This document shows, piece by piece, positions 34,821 to 48,945 of a stretch of DNA of 64,000 nt. The stretch spans positions 1-64,000 of the forward strand of contig MQRK01235125.1 of NCBI GenBank assembly GCA_001938485.1, read 5' to 3'. Position 1 is the first letter of the stretch. Every line of letters starts with the position of its first letter. The stretch comes from Girardia tigrina (lineage: Eukaryota). The notes under the pieces were generated by a model that had not been told where the DNA came from, did not search any database, and saw only the letters and a list, made by a program, of their open reading frames with translations. A program made the position numbers and the translations under genes.

Positions 34821-37412
34821 TATATCAATAAATAAAATTAGGTAAATTTTTTTTAACATGTATATTTTCATTAGATATATCTCGTATCAAATGATCAATC
34901 AAAATAAAAGAAACATTAAAGTCTCTTAGTGGTTAACTTTCTCACTAATTTGATAACTCAAGGCTTCTTAGCGATATGTGAAATTGGATGACATTCTTCG
35001 TTTCTTCTCTGTCTAGTGGTTGTCAGCATTGTATCTAATTTTCTTTGTAGATGACATATGATTTGTACAACATTTTTAGTCTTTTCTTATTGTTGTTATT
35101 CTAATTTTGAACATTTTTATAAGCCATTCTCAACTATAATACATCTCAGTTTTGCTCATTCATGTCTATGCTAATTTCCTCTATCGTAAAAACTTTGGCG
35201 GTGCCTATAGAAATAGAAACAGTCTATAGTCAATTCTTCTAGATCAGCGGAAAACCGATACTAACAAACTATCCCCTATTATTCGTTGTCTAATCTTTAT
35301 TCAACATAACGAGCTTATAAACTTCTTTCTATTGCTCTTCTTTTTAAAACTTTGTATTTTAGGTCAGCATTACCCTCTTTCTAAGGAGATCTAAGGAGAT
35401 TAACTTGAATTTGAGTCCTCGCTATCTACAGAATGTTTTGAAATGAGATCACTCATATTCATCGATTTTTCAATAATCCTTTATTGATTTTACCTGACAG
35501 TGACTTTGATTACAATTAACTCAAACCTTTACCGGTCATATAATTTTGAAACTTGACATTGAATTATTCGTTTGTAATTCACAAAAAACATTAAACAAAT
35601 GTTCGTTTCTTTTATTTAACTAATGCAAAGATGAGGTCGGTCAAGCAAGGGAATCATACTAAAATGTTTAGAAACGAATAAAATCATCAATTATTATCAA
35701 TCATACAATTCATACCTAGACTTTTTGCAATAAAAGTTTCTTTTCAAATTTTCAAATTTTAATTTAAAAATTTTAATTTTAATTTATTTTTCTTTAAATT
35801 TTGTATAATGAAAGAGAAACTTCTTCAATTTTAACATCATTATATTTTGTGTCAGTAATATTTTATCTATTACCTTATTTGATTTATTCATTTGTTTAAT
35901 TTAATTTATCTTACATTATGACTCCGAGACTTAAAAAGAAAAAAGTAAAATCGCAGCAAAGTTTAATGAATAAATTTTATGTCATTTAAAAAACTTTCAT
36001 TTAATTTTATTATCATTAATTTTGAGATTTTATTTTGTAAAATCATTCTTAAATATTTTCATTAGTTTCGGCAATTTGTTTAACTGATAAAATTATTTAG
36101 CTGAATATTTTAGTAACAGGCTTAAGTTTTATGTTAACCGGAAATTGAAAAATAATTTTAATCCTCCCTTAACATGTATTTTTAAAGATAGAGGCACTTT
36201 AAAATAAAATAAGTGTATTTGTAAACTGCTAGTTGCGCCATCACTAGTAGTCATAAGTAGCACAATTAATAATTTATATTATACACAAATTTAAACAAAT
36301 GTTCGTTTCTTTTCTTTAACTAATAATCATTTCGCCGATTTATATTATTTAAAAAATCTTTCTATTATCTTAAAATATTCTAATAATTTTACAAGAAAAT
36401 ATTTTGTTTCAATCATTATTTTCATTTATGAAAGTTTTAAATTTTAAAATTTAATTAACTTAAAATACAATTTTTTCAAAATTATAATTAATTTTACATA
36501 CTTATTTTCAAATTATTCAAATCTCAATCAGCAAAATGAAAAGTAACTAAATCCTCATATAAACGAATGACAAGTTAAAAAATTGTGTCCCTAATATTTG
36601 ACACTTTTTAAGCTATGGTTTATAATTTATTTAATTTTTATATTTTTTATATGAAGAATATAATTCCTTAAAATAGGTAAACACATTATTACAATTTACA
36701 TCTATAAAAATTTATTTGCTATTTATATTTATCATAACATCATTAATTTAGACAAAGGAATTCATACAGTTTCTGTCCAGAACATGAACCTGATTTACAG
36801 TAAACTCCGGCCTATGATATCCATTTTCATTATTAAAATTTTACTCTAGTTTTTTTAATTTAATCTTAGTTTTTGAATTAAATTTTAATTGAGGGTTCTA
36901 TACACTTATCAGTTCCCACAATAGTTACATGAAAACATCCCCCAATAAAAAGATAACATGTAGTGCTTTAATGGACTTTGAAACGAAAATTATCAGTATT
37001 TAAAGATCGGAAACAGTCTAAAAATAATCAGATTGAAAGTCTTAGAAGAAGAGTCTTTTTTTTTAAAATTACTTTGCAAGTAATTTAAAAAATAACTAGA
37101 TTTTATCAAATACAAATTCTCTAAAATTACGTTTTTATTTAACAAAAATTGGAAATTAACATCTTCCAGTTCTTATGAAACACAATTTTATACTTAGAAC
37201 TCTTATTAATCTATATTAAAACATTAAAAAAATATTAAATCATAATTAATTATTATATTTCTTAAATTAAAATAATTCGTTTTGTAGGGATTTTTTATTT
37301 TAATAATAGATAATTATTTCAAAAATAAGTCGACTTTAGATATAAATTAGAGAAAATTCTGTTGGATAAATACCGAAATCAAAAAACAAATGCTCTTATA
37401 GATATCACAGAA

Positions 37413-37607
37413 TTACGAGTCTTCAATTTTGGAATCATAATCATCTTCATTTGAGTCGACTTCTGCGATTGTTTGAGTCGTACATATCTTCATACAGAAA
37501 AATTTCCTATTTTCAGCAAGTGCATCTAAAATATTTTGAGCGTCCGGGTGGACCAATTCACACCATGACTCCCATAAAGGATGGACGATGTAGTCGATGA
37601 ACCCGAT
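37413..37607 (-). CDS. PDE4: cAMP-specific phosphodiesterase PDE4/dunce-like, last coding exon
   Basis: TTCTTAG| [34 protein letters not shown]...EDS*. Confidence 0.93.
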   Translation of the reverse strand: MGFIDYIVHPLWESWCELVHPDAQNILDALAENRKFFCMKICTTQTIAEVDSNEDDYDSKIEDS

Positions 37608-40329
37608 CTAAGAATGAATATTGTTGGTAATTACCATAATAGTTATAATAATAGTTAATATAATAATCAGATTAAATTCGTTAAGTATATGTATTTATTT
37701 TTATAAAATGATAAAGTTCCGAAATAATCGGTTAGCTAATAAATTCTGGCAGTAAGTGGAAGCAAGGCTACAAATAGAGATGTGGCGAAGGCTTGTGCAT
37801 AACTGGGTGCACCCACAGCCCAACGGCTAAGGTCAAAAAGAAAGAAATGGAAGTTGAATTAGACAATGATTTATCCTGAGGCGCAATTCGGACTTGATAA
37901 AAGCTTTGACACTGAATTTATATAATCGATAGTAGGTCAACATATGGTGTTCTGTATATTGACGATATTTATTCGTGTAATTTCTTCGTTTGGCTTTTAA
38001 TAAGCTAATCTTGGCAAATAGTTTAACAGTTTTGATATGGCGATACATGAATAATCATTATATAACTTTAAAATTTTATTTGTGATTGATTTAATTATTT
38101 AAATTATTTCTAGGTAATTTTATTGATTTTTTACTTTTATTAATAATTCATTTGACATACTTAATATTAATGGAGGAAGAGGAGCCATAAAACAAAATGG
38201 TTTCTTTGCATACGGACGTGGTCTAACAAATTTTTGCCGAACCTTCTTTTTGACTAAGATGTTTATACTTAATGAATTCTTTTTATTTGATTTTTTTCTT
38301 TTGCTTCAAATATTGACTTCATTGTCTTCTGGTTCATTGATCTGCCTTTCACAAATTATCTTTTCTGCTTATTTATCTTCTCTCAATTGATGTATTTATT
38401 TGTACATTGGTTTGTCATGGATCGGCCGTTTCAATGTGATATAGTGTAAAAATCAATCAAAAAGGAAATAGAAAAAATAATCACAACAGGTGTGAAACCC
38501 ATGTTTCAAGTCATAATACATATTTCTCTCATCTTCCAAATAATTTAAGAAAGAAAGATAATAAATAGTATAACAAAGAGAAAGATTGAACAGATGGTCA
38601 AATCGTTATATTACCACATTTGTTAAATTTTGGAGTTTTGCATAAATGTTTATACTTCAAATTGTCTAATTTTTGACGGTGCTTTTGCAACATTTATATT
38701 GAATGCAAAACTGTTAAATCCATTATATAGAAACGAATTTGGTTGAAATATTATTAAATCATTTTATTCAAAAATAAATTAGAAATTAAATACTTTTAAC
38801 TAGTAGAGCTACCCATCGTGCATTTAGAAAATATGATAGAACTTCTTTAACATAACAGCAAATGATCTCAAAGTAGAACTAAGTAGATCGGATGTGCAAT
38901 TAATAGTCATAACAGCTCAGACGGCCTCAAATTATAAAATAGTAATACTTAATTCTCAAATTTTGAATTCTCAAATTATAAAATAGTAAAACGATTAAAA
39001 ATTATTTTTGAAAAATATAAATATTTTTTGTATGAGTAATATCAAATAAATTAATTAACTTAATATAATGTTGTCTTTAATCATTTTTTTATATTTCATT
39101 AAAAAAATAATAAAAAATAAACAATTATTTTTATATTTATATTCTTTATTTTAGATATTAAAAAAATTTAGAATTATTTTTATACTCAATTTTACGTATA
39201 TATTTTTATGATTTTTTTAAAATAAATTCATTTATTCTTAAAAATTTTTTTATGTAAAATAAATTAATATTAAAAACAAAAAGAAATTGAAACACATTAT
39301 GTTGTAATTTTGATATTTCAGTCTTTATTATTAAGTTTATTTTATCTTTGTTGGGTTCTTGATTATGATTAGAATTCATTAACACAACATTTAATTTCTA
39401 TAAAAATAATAATTATTTAAACATTTTTGAGGAACTTTTCTTTAGTTTTCTTTTGACCGGAATCATTATACATGAAAATACTGGATTATAAATATTGACA
39501 AGTTATTTATCAAAACATTATTTTAAAAATTGGATTTATTATTTTTTTGATTTCGTTAATTTATAGATTAACATTTTAATATTTTATAGAAATTTTCTAA
39601 AATACATTATAAAATCTACATAATTTACTGTTTTATTTTACATCATTTTAAAAACGTATTTTAGTTAAATTACAACGATTCCAATTAATTTAAAATTATT
39701 TTGATGTTGTTATTTCCATATTATTTTTTTAAAAACCATTTAACTTAAATGTAAGTTTAGATCTTTAAAATATTTGAATGGCATATTTACTATTAAAATT
39801 AAATTCCTAAATATTTTTTTAGTCTTCTTTAATTTTTAAAACATTTAATTATAATTATTTTTTAATACAAATTTTGGTTAATAATTAATTTTAATAAAAC
39901 ATTATTATTTTTTATTTTACAACTTAATTTTATTTAAAATGTTTGTTACTCCGAACTATTTATTTACAAAAAAAGTCTTGTCCAATAAATTAAAAATTTA
40001 ATTACAATTTTTGGTAATCCGAAATAGTTATTTAAAAAAAACTTATATAAATAAATTATGTGAACATATTTAATAAAATAAATATGATATTACAAATTAA
40101 TTATTCACCAATTTAAAAATCACCAAAAAACCCCTAACAATATTAAAAATGCTAAGAAATTTGATTAAATAATAAGAGAAATACAAGTTTCTTCTTGAGA
40201 ACTTATTTATGGTATTATAATATTTTGTGCTTGAAATGTGAGTTGAAATTTCTTTAATTTATTTACTAATTTCCTTTTCAGTGTTACAGTTGGTAAAATT
40301 ATTTTTAATATGTTTATACTTAAATTTAC

Positions 40330-40512
40330 CTGTGTTCGCTCTATGGCGGCATTCTCTCTGTCACACATCGCACTTAGATCTAATCCTCTTTCCTTCTCTT
40401 TATCTCCTTGAAGGAAAAATTCTTCCATTATTCGATTAACCCATTCTTCGTAAATGACGATTGGCTTTGTCGGATTACTCAAGTCAGCACAATGAACCAT
40501 ATTTTGAATAAT
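40330..40512 (-). CDS. PDE4: PDE4-like exon (183 nt)
   Basis: AG|[17 protein letters not shown]...[20 protein letters not shown]...[13 protein letters not shown]|GTAAAT. Confidence 0.95.
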
Positions 40513-40949
40513 CTATAACAAATTAATAAAATAATTTCACAATTTACAATATTAAACGATGTAACATTACAATAAAAAAAGATCTCTCAATCGGAAATAG
40601 CTTTTATAAGTATGATCTTGTCATGAACTATTTTGAAAAATTTTAATAGACAAATTTGAAGATCATTGTCGATGGGTATAACCCTCAATGGAAGTTGTAA
40701 CGGTTCCTACTGATCCAGACAAGTACGAGGATCACAATAATTTATACAATTAATTTCATTCAGTATTAATGATTCATCTGTAGGGTAGAAATCATAGACG
40801 GTGAGGTGTTAAAGACCAACAGATCACATTGAACAAAATGTTTATAAAAACATGGGTTAATAAAAGATTAAAAGAAGAAAACATTAAAGAGTGAAAACCA
40901 TTCATTAAAATAATATTTAGAATGATTTAAATTATTTAAGAAGAGTTTT

Positions 40950-41150
40950 TGAAAGAGTGAAAGTAGTATCAAAGTGCTTTCAATCACAAACCTAGTTCCA
41001 AGCTCACTCTCAAGTAAATATAAAAGACTTGTGCATTGAAAGATAATCTGATGATTTTTTAAAATTTAATTGTCACGGTTATAATAACTCGTACAACGGA
41101 GAGACAAATCGTCATCGCAAAAACCTGATTAGTGAGTGTTGGGAACGTTC
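40950..41150 (+). mobile_element. Very degenerate Penelope GIY-YIG remnant
   Basis: FNCHGYNNSYNGETNRHRKNLISE resembles the YIGETNRH motif of the other two copies. Confidence 0.5.
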
Positions 41151-41409
41151 ATAGAATATAAAATTTTTGTATTTTATCAATTTATTAAACAAACAATTAA
41201 ATTCCGTAAAATATTGTTATAGATATGATAAAATAAGATTTCAGAAATTTAATGTANNNNNNNNNNNNNNNNNNNNNNNNNNNNNNNNNNNNNNNNNNNN
41301 NNNNNNNNNNNNNNNNNNNNNNNNNNNNNNNNNNNNNNNNNNNNNNNNNNNNNNNNNNNNNNNNNNNNNNNNNNTTTAAATCAAAATAAATTTAAAATGT
41401 GGTTATAAA

Positions 41410-41520
41410 TTTTTGTAAAATGTAATTATAATTTATTTTGTAAAATGTAATTATAATTTATTTTGTAAAATGTAGTTATAATTTTTTTTGAAAATTTAAT
41501 TATAATTTTTTATTGTAAAT
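41410..41520. repeat. ~26-bp AT-rich minisatellite, about 4 copies
   Basis: TTTTGTAAAATGTAATTATAATTTAT repeated. Confidence 0.75.
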
Positions 41521-42738
41521 TAAAAAATTGGAATTAAAAGTAATTGAAAACTCTTAAATTGACTTAAATAAAAAATGAGATTTTATTTTTTTTGGAAATG
41601 TAATTAAAAAAAATAGTTAAATTTAAATGTACTATAAAATTGAAAAATTAATAAGAGACGCAATAAAATTTTTGTGACAAAATTTTAATTTACTATAATT
41701 TTTATTAAAGAAAATATAAATTTTTAANNNNNNNNNNNNNNNNNNNNNNNNNNNNNNNNNNNNNNNNNNNNNNNNNNNNNNNNNNNNNNNNNNNNNNTAT
41801 ACAAATCATATTTTTATTTATACATATTTCTATTTATATTGGTTGTGTAAAAAAAGAAAATACAAAAGTTCCTCAAAAAATATTTGTTTAAAAAATTCTA
41901 ATTGTTATAGAAATAATTTTTGGTGTTCGTTATAATGTCTTGTGAGCAAGAATCCAATAGTGAGCATTCACAATCAAGTCGATCATTGGTTACTTTGTAA
42001 AAATAGAATGAGTTTTCTGTTCGGCAGAAGAGATGTAATTCTCATTACGAGCAGCACATCGATTGATTATTATTAAAAAACACAAACCAAAAATTAGCAT
42101 TCAAACTGGCAAAATAATGCGGTTTCAATTCTTAAAATCTTTAATTAAATCATTAAAAATTGCTATTAATATCTAAAAAAATATTTCTTAAAATAAACAT
42201 TTTATTTCTCTATTTATCATTTTATCTGTTTTAATTAATATACGAATTAAAATTCAAACATATATTAATGTATGTATAATTATGTCAATTTTAATAATAT
42301 GAATATAGAAATAACTGTGGATCTCTAATAATAATATTATATTATGAATTTATATCAATTTTAATTTTATTATATTTATTTCTTAATTTTAATGGGAAAA
42401 AGTTATTTAGTTCCAGTAGCAGTTGAAATTTTAAAATGTAAATTTTTATTTTAACGATTTAGTTAAAACAGACAAAATATAACAAAATTACAGACAGATT
42501 TCAGATTGAAAGTAGCAATTTTTTTGGAGCATAAAACATAAATATATATATCTTTACAAATACAAATCTTTTTTTCAAAAATGTTTTTTCCAATATTTCT
42601 TGACATTATTTTATTGTTAATAAATTTGAAAAATAATGGCAACTTTTTTATAAAACAATTTGAACACCATTAAAAAATATATTTAATGATATATTTCAGC
42701 AGTTTTAGCGTCATCACTGATTATAAGCTTTTTTACTG

Positions 42739-42778
<40 letters not shown>

Positions 42779-42859
42779 CTAGAACTGATAATGGCATTTT
42801 TAATAATAATGAAATGAAAGGCCATTTTTTAATATTAAATTTATTCCCAATACAAACGC

Positions 42860-43430
42860 NNNNNNNNNNNNNNNNNNNNNNNNNNNNNNNNNNNNNNNNN
42901 NNNNNNNNNACAAACGCGTTTCACCATTTCGGCATCTTCAGTGCAATGAAATAAAGTGATTAATTGCTATTTATATAGTTGAAAAACTATTGCATCATAC
43001 GTCTCAAAAACATGCTTTTTTTTCTTTTTTTTTAAAAAAAAAGAAAAGTATTTTTCATGATATTTTAAAAAACTTTAATATGATTAGATGAATCACCTTG
43101 CACGTTTAAGCATGGTTTATGATGCTTTATTAACAATGCTTCGGCAATAATCCTTTCATAATTTGTGTCAAAATTNNNNNNNNNNNNNNNNNNNNNNNNN
43201 NNNNNNNNNNNNNNNNNNNNNNNNNNNNNNNNNNNNNNNNNNNNNNNNNNNNNNNNNNNNNNNNNNNNNNNNNNNNNNNNNNNNNNNNNNNNNNNNNNNN
43301 NNNNNNNNNNNNNNNGTCTCTCCAATGTACAAGGCTTCGCACTTGTGACATTTGAATTGATAAACTAGATTTGCCTTAATACACAAAGGAGTTTTTGATT
43401 TGTTGGAGAAATAGTTCCGGCATTTATTAG
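42860..43430 (-). mobile_element. 3' fragment of a Penelope-like element
   Basis: FSNKSKTPLCIKANLVYQFKCHKCEALYIGE...ERIIAEALLIKHHKPCLNVQ. Close relative of 23797-24240. Confidence 0.88.
42909..42946 (-). ncRNA. Minimal type I hammerhead ribozyme (Penelope-associated)
   Basis: Minus strand TGCA-CTGAAGA-T-GCCGAAATGGT-GAAA-CGCG-TT-TGT. Palindromic stem III ACGCGT. Confidence 0.78.
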
Positions 43431-43721
43431 TTAATATATATATATATATATATATAAATCGATGATTGTGTAATCTATTACTTAACATTAATCCAAAACA
43501 CTTAAAAAATTGGTTGAGTGCTGTTTGAACATTGATTTTAGGATCACGAGATCGTATTGGCAATGCTTCATTCTATTGAAATAAATAAATAAATTTTTTA
43601 AAAATAAATTTTTTTATTATCATTGAATATATTTTAACATTACGTTCATATTTTTTCATAATTTTATTCTAATATTTGTAATTTTCAAAAGTTATTATCA
43701 ATCTTTTAATATTTTTTTATA

Positions 43722-43759
<38 letters not shown>

Positions 43760-44290
43760 TAATTAAAAAGAAAAAAAAGTTTTATTAAACCACAACAAAA
43801 TAAAAAATGGATAATATTTTTTTCAAAAATTATGAATATAAAATAATAATAAATTTTTTTATTTGCAAATAATAAAATATTCTACTTACAAACTGTTATT
43901 GGATAAATATTGACTTTCATGAGTTTTTAATGATTTGTTTTACTTATGCTCAGTAAAACAAAGATTTTATTTGCGTTTGAGAGTATTTACGATGTTGGTA
44001 AGAAAAATAAAATAATTATTATGAATATAAAGATGGTGTTTATTTAAACAATAATTAATTCTATTTGTTTAAAAGATTGTTTTCTTTTCTCGAATTCGAA
44101 TTTTTCGCTTTTATGAAAATTTAAAACAGTTTAAACAAATAAATTTGGATGAAGAAAAAATATTTTGATAATTGTGAAGTTTTGACTTTAATCGTATTGT
44201 AAAAATAGATAATGTCAGTTTTAAAGTTTAATTTTAACTAAAATAATGTAAATAGTTATCTGAGATTTATGCAAAATAATTTTAATATAA

Positions 44291-44292
<2 letters not shown>

Positions 44293-44332
<40 letters not shown>

Positions 44333-44382
44333 NNNNNNNNNNNNNNNNNNNNNNNNNNNNNNNNNNNNNNNNNNNNNNNNNN

Positions 44383-44452
<70 letters not shown>
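44293..44452. repeat. Compound (CA)n/(TA)n microsatellite spanning a gap
   Basis: Direct reading. Other (TA)n tracts lie near 4240, 13400, 25280, 42745, 43725 and 45640. Confidence 0.9.
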
Positions 44453-44454
<2 letters not shown>

Positions 44455-44455
<1 letters not shown>

Positions 44456-45560
44456 GAAGTTACTAAATCACCAGAAAAGAACTGCTGATAGTATATTATT
44501 TCAGTGACCATTTCAAACATTATTTACACGAGAAAAGATTCGTAATTGAAAGGAACAGTGAAAGAACAATATATACTCCAAAAGTAGGAGAATCAAGTTT
44601 ATAAACCATGTACAACAGTTACTGTGTCTCGGATCTAAGAAGATGTATAAATATATTAAGAACAATAACGATATGACAATCCCTATAGCAAAGGAAACGT
44701 TATATAAAAATGAGTTTTGTGTCTGAAAACGAAAACTTTGAAAACTAACACAAAAAAGACAATAATGAAAATCATTACGGATAGACCTATTGAGAAAATT
44801 TACGTTTATATTTGCGGACCCTGGAAAGAAACACAACAGAGAGAGATACATAATTTCGATCGTCCACCATTTCAGCAAGTATATCGTACTGACACCGACC
44901 GCAAAACAGAAGGATATCACAATTACAGACACAACAAAGAATTACTAGATATTAAGATTTGTAACCATCTATGGAAATTCTTTCTGATTAGGGAAAAAGC
45001 TTTTATCATGGAAAGTTACAAATCTCGTAAAAGATGAAGGAGCTGAGTTAAAATTGTCTACCACATATCAACACAATACAAATAGCATTTTCGAAAGGCA
45101 GTTCCGGAAAATAAGAGAATATATTAATACGAGATTAAAATATAGGAATAATACAAATTGGGAAAGGTTACTATCGAATATAGAATTCCCCCTTAATGCA
45201 TCATTACAAAACTCGATAGGAGTATGTCACATAGAAGTAGTGTTTGATGGACATTTAAACATAACAGCATGGTTCGAACTAAACAAAACTTATAAAGTAA
45301 AGATAATAAAATAAATAAGATATATAAGAAGATAATTGAAATGTCACAAAGCGTATGTTCAAGATAGGAGTTTGAAGTGTGGATTACAAAAGAAATAAAG
45401 ATAATTAGAAAACAAGACCAGTATAAACATGAAGGCTCTTTAAAAATTGTCACTAAGATTCATGATAGATCGAATAGATTGAGGAATGGAGACGGCAAAG
45501 AATTGATTCGTAATGTTGAAAAATTAGAGATCTTTAAAAAATGGGGTTGGAATGAATATT
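44455..45560 (+). mobile_element. Degenerate Ty3/Gypsy integrase + PPT (relative of the 48-54 kb element)
   Basis: CLKTKT...PIEKIYVYICGP, HNTNSIFERQFRKIREYI, WERLLSNIEF, LIRNVEKL, then a purine-rich tract. Confidence 0.8.
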
Positions 45561-45632
45561 AAGTTATTTTAAGATATTTTAATTTAGATTAGTATAAAAA
45601 AAGTTAAATATACATTAAAAGAATGATTGTTT

Positions 45633-45685
<53 letters not shown>

Positions 45686-46055
45686 AAATCTATAAATATA
45701 ATACGTTTAAAATTAGAAATTGTTCAAAGAGTTTCTAAAAAGAACTTTGTATAACTATTTGAAAAATAAATAAATACGTGATTAGTTTAAACAAATTAAT
45801 TTTTGTCGTATGTGACTTGCAATTGTCGTCAGTTTTGTAATAATTTAAAATAAATCTTATGTATTCAAATATTGCAGAAATTTGAGGTGCAAACAGTTTT
45901 TTTCACAATGAAGATTGAAGAGTTTGTTGAAAAAGGTTCATGTGTTACATAATCTTAGAAGGATAAAAGATGGAGAACTTTCAAACGATAAATCAGTAAT
46001 TCTTATTCAATAAAACCTTCGGGTTTCTCATCTTTGGAGGTACAAACATTGGACT

Positions 46056-46579
46056 TATTAAAAACACAAATATGTGATTTCAGACATTTATTTTCATCAC
46101 AATTTGAATTGTCTTTAGGACAATCCTCATCCAAGCTCTCATAATTTGACATCTCACTAAATTGATAAATTTTTATTAAGGTCTTGTTAATAAACAAATC
46201 GAAAAAATTCTCATTTTAAATAAATTTCAAATTTTATTTTAAAAATTCTACTTTCATAATTTCGTTAATAATTTTATCTAAAAACTAATTTAACTTTAAA
46301 AATGATTTTCTTTAAAGGAAAAAATTTATTTAATTAATTTAAAAATAATTTAAAAATTATTTACTTTATTAAAATTTTTAATGTTCCAATTTTAAACGAT
46401 TTATATTTTAAAAGTTTTTTAATATAGTATATTGTAATTTAAAATGCAAATTATACTCGAATAATTATTCATCGCGAACATCCAAAATACAAATTTTCCA
46501 TTTGGGTGGAAGAAACACAATTCCAAATACCAAACTCAACATACAAAATTCAACATACCAAATTACAATATTCCTCACA
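46056..46579 (-). mobile_element. Solo Gypsy LTR with perfect 5-bp GGACT target-site duplication
   Basis: Reverse complement TGTGAGGAAT...TTTTTAATA, homologous to the 48084 and 53405 LTRs. GGACT at 46051-46055 and 46580-46584. Confidence 0.88.
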
Positions 46580-46808
46580 GGACTATTATTTGGTGAAGGG
46601 GTCATCGTTTTAAAGAGGTTTTTGTTACTCAAATATTAAGGTTCTTTTTTAATCAATTGATTTGGTTAAATATATAGCGTATATAGAACACCAGTCTCTC
46701 ATTTTGCAGAAATATCATTTAGTCTTTTCAAAGAGATAATTATTAGTTTGACGTTTTTCAATAAAAAATCAAATAATAAAAAAGTGTTTAAAACAATATT
46801 TATAAATA

Positions 46809-48067
46809 TTAGGTTGTTCAGAAAGTCATTTCGTTTTTTTGTATTAAAGTAAAAGACAATTTTTTATGACGAATAAATATTTTATTGAAATACATATTGA
46901 CCATTGTGGTCCAATATCTTCTTCCATCTTCCATGCAGTGACATGATTCTACGTTCATAAAATATTTGTTCTTTGCTGCTAAAAAACTTTTCTAGGTGAT
47001 TTTTTAACATCTTCATTTGATCCAAAAGTGTTACGATCTAAATAATTTTGTAGAGACCGGAACAAATGATAATCAGAAGGTTCGAGGTCTGGAGAATATG
47101 ATGGGTGAGGCATGATGTTCTATCCTAGCTGTAAAAGCTTTTGGCGACTTACCAAACTTGTATGAGGTCTGGCATTATCTTGGTGAAACACTACCCCTTT
47201 TCTATTGATCAATTCTGGTCTTTTGTGTTTAAGGGATTCATTTAATTTGTCCAGTTGATGACAGTAGACGTCAGAATTGATCGTAGTTTTGTCCGGAAGA
47301 AGCTCATAAAATACGATTCCTTTGAAATCCCACCAAACAGATAACATCACTTTTTTGATGAATGTCAGCTTTCGAAGTGCTTTGAGCAGGTTGACCTTTT
47401 TTACTCCAAGATCTCTTGCGTTTTACTTTATTGTAGACTACCCATTTCTCATCTCCACTGTCGATGCGCTTCAAAAATGGATCATTTTCTTGACGTTTGA
47501 GAAATGCATATCGCAGATGTCTAAACGACAGCATAAATTTCGTTCGGTAAGATTATGAGGAATCCATGTGTCGAGTTTTGATGTAAAACCTAGGTGTTTC
47601 AAATGATCATGGACGGTCGAATTAGATAAATGTAATGTCTGGGCAATTTTGCGAGTTGTTATTCGCCGGTTTGAATCAATTAATGCCTTTATTATGTCTT
47701 CGTCGGCCTCAATGGGCTTTCGGAACGTGTAGAATCTTCAATATCAAAATTTCCGGATCTAAAATTTTTAACAAGTTTTGACATAAGCGTTCTGTCAACA
47801 CATCTTCTCCATACACTTCGCATAATTTTCTTCTTGCTTGTACAGGATTTTTACCTTTTCGGAAGTAAAAAAGTAATACATGCCGTAATGCTGATTTTTG
47901 CTTTCCATCTTTGATAGGTCAAAAATCAAATATAAATGTTTTTAATTATTTCAAAATTTTCCAAATCTAACCTTGATTACCAACTGCTAAAATAAATAAT
48001 ATAGTCAATGATTATTAATGATTATTAATATAAAAATACATTTAAAATGACTTTCCGAAAAACCCAA
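46809..48067 (-). mobile_element. Full-length defective mariner (DD34D)
   Basis: TIRs TTAGGTTGTTCAGAAAGTCATTT / AAATGACTTTCCGAAAAACCCAA with TA flanks. ATG at 47908. Motifs WIPHNL, GDEKW, HQDNARPH, YSPDLEPSDY. Frameshifts. Confidence 0.93.
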
Positions 48068-48083
48068 TAAACCTTATAAATAG

Positions 48084-48600
48084 TGTGAGGAATATTTTAA
48101 ATTTGGTATATTGAAATTGGTTTGTTGAATTTTGTATGTTGAGTTTAGTATTTGGAAATGTGTTTCTCCCACCCAGATGGAAAATTGATATTTTTAAATA
48201 ATTATTCGAACATAATTTGCATTTTAAAGTACAACATAAGATATTTAAAAACATTAAAAATATTAAATCGTTTCAAATTTTCATATTAAAATTTAAATAA
48301 AATAAATAGTTTTAACTAAGTTTTGAATTAATTAAATATTCTTTCTTTCAATAAAATATTTTTTAAATAAAATTAATATGTAAATAAAATTGATACTAAA
48401 ATTACCAAATTTGAACTGTAAAAATAAAATCTGAAAATAATGAAAAATTTGTTCGAATAATTGTATATTAACAAACATTAATAAAAATTATAAATTTAGA
48501 ACGATGTCGAATGACTAGAGTTTTGCTGAGAGTTGTCCAAAAGACAATTCTGACTGTATTGAAAATAAAAGTTTGAAAACCCATGTTGGTGTTCTTAATA
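48084..48600 (+). repeat. 5' LTR of the Gypsy element
   Basis: TGTGAGGAAT...GTTCTTAATA followed directly by the PBS. Highly similar to 53405-53930. Confidence 0.9.
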
Positions 48601-48945
48601 TGGCGACACACGACCACGTGATTCCGAACATCAGANNNNNNNNNNNNNNNNNNNNNNNNNNNNNNNNNNNNNNNNNNNNNNNNNNNNNNNNNNNNNNNNN
48701 NNNNNNNNNNNNNNNNNNNNNNNNNNNNNNNNNNNNNNNNNNNNNNNNNNNNNNNNNNNNNNNNNNNNNNNNNNNNNNNNNNNNNNNNNNNNNNNNNNNN
48801 NNNNNNNNNNNNNNNNNNNNNNNNNNNNNNNNNATCTATCCTGGATCTAATGAAGGAACTGGTAGAAATGAGAATTGGATCTAGCGACCCAACAATAATA
48901 TTTTGAAAGGCTGATGGAATCATTGAAAAGTTAATTGAGAAAAAG

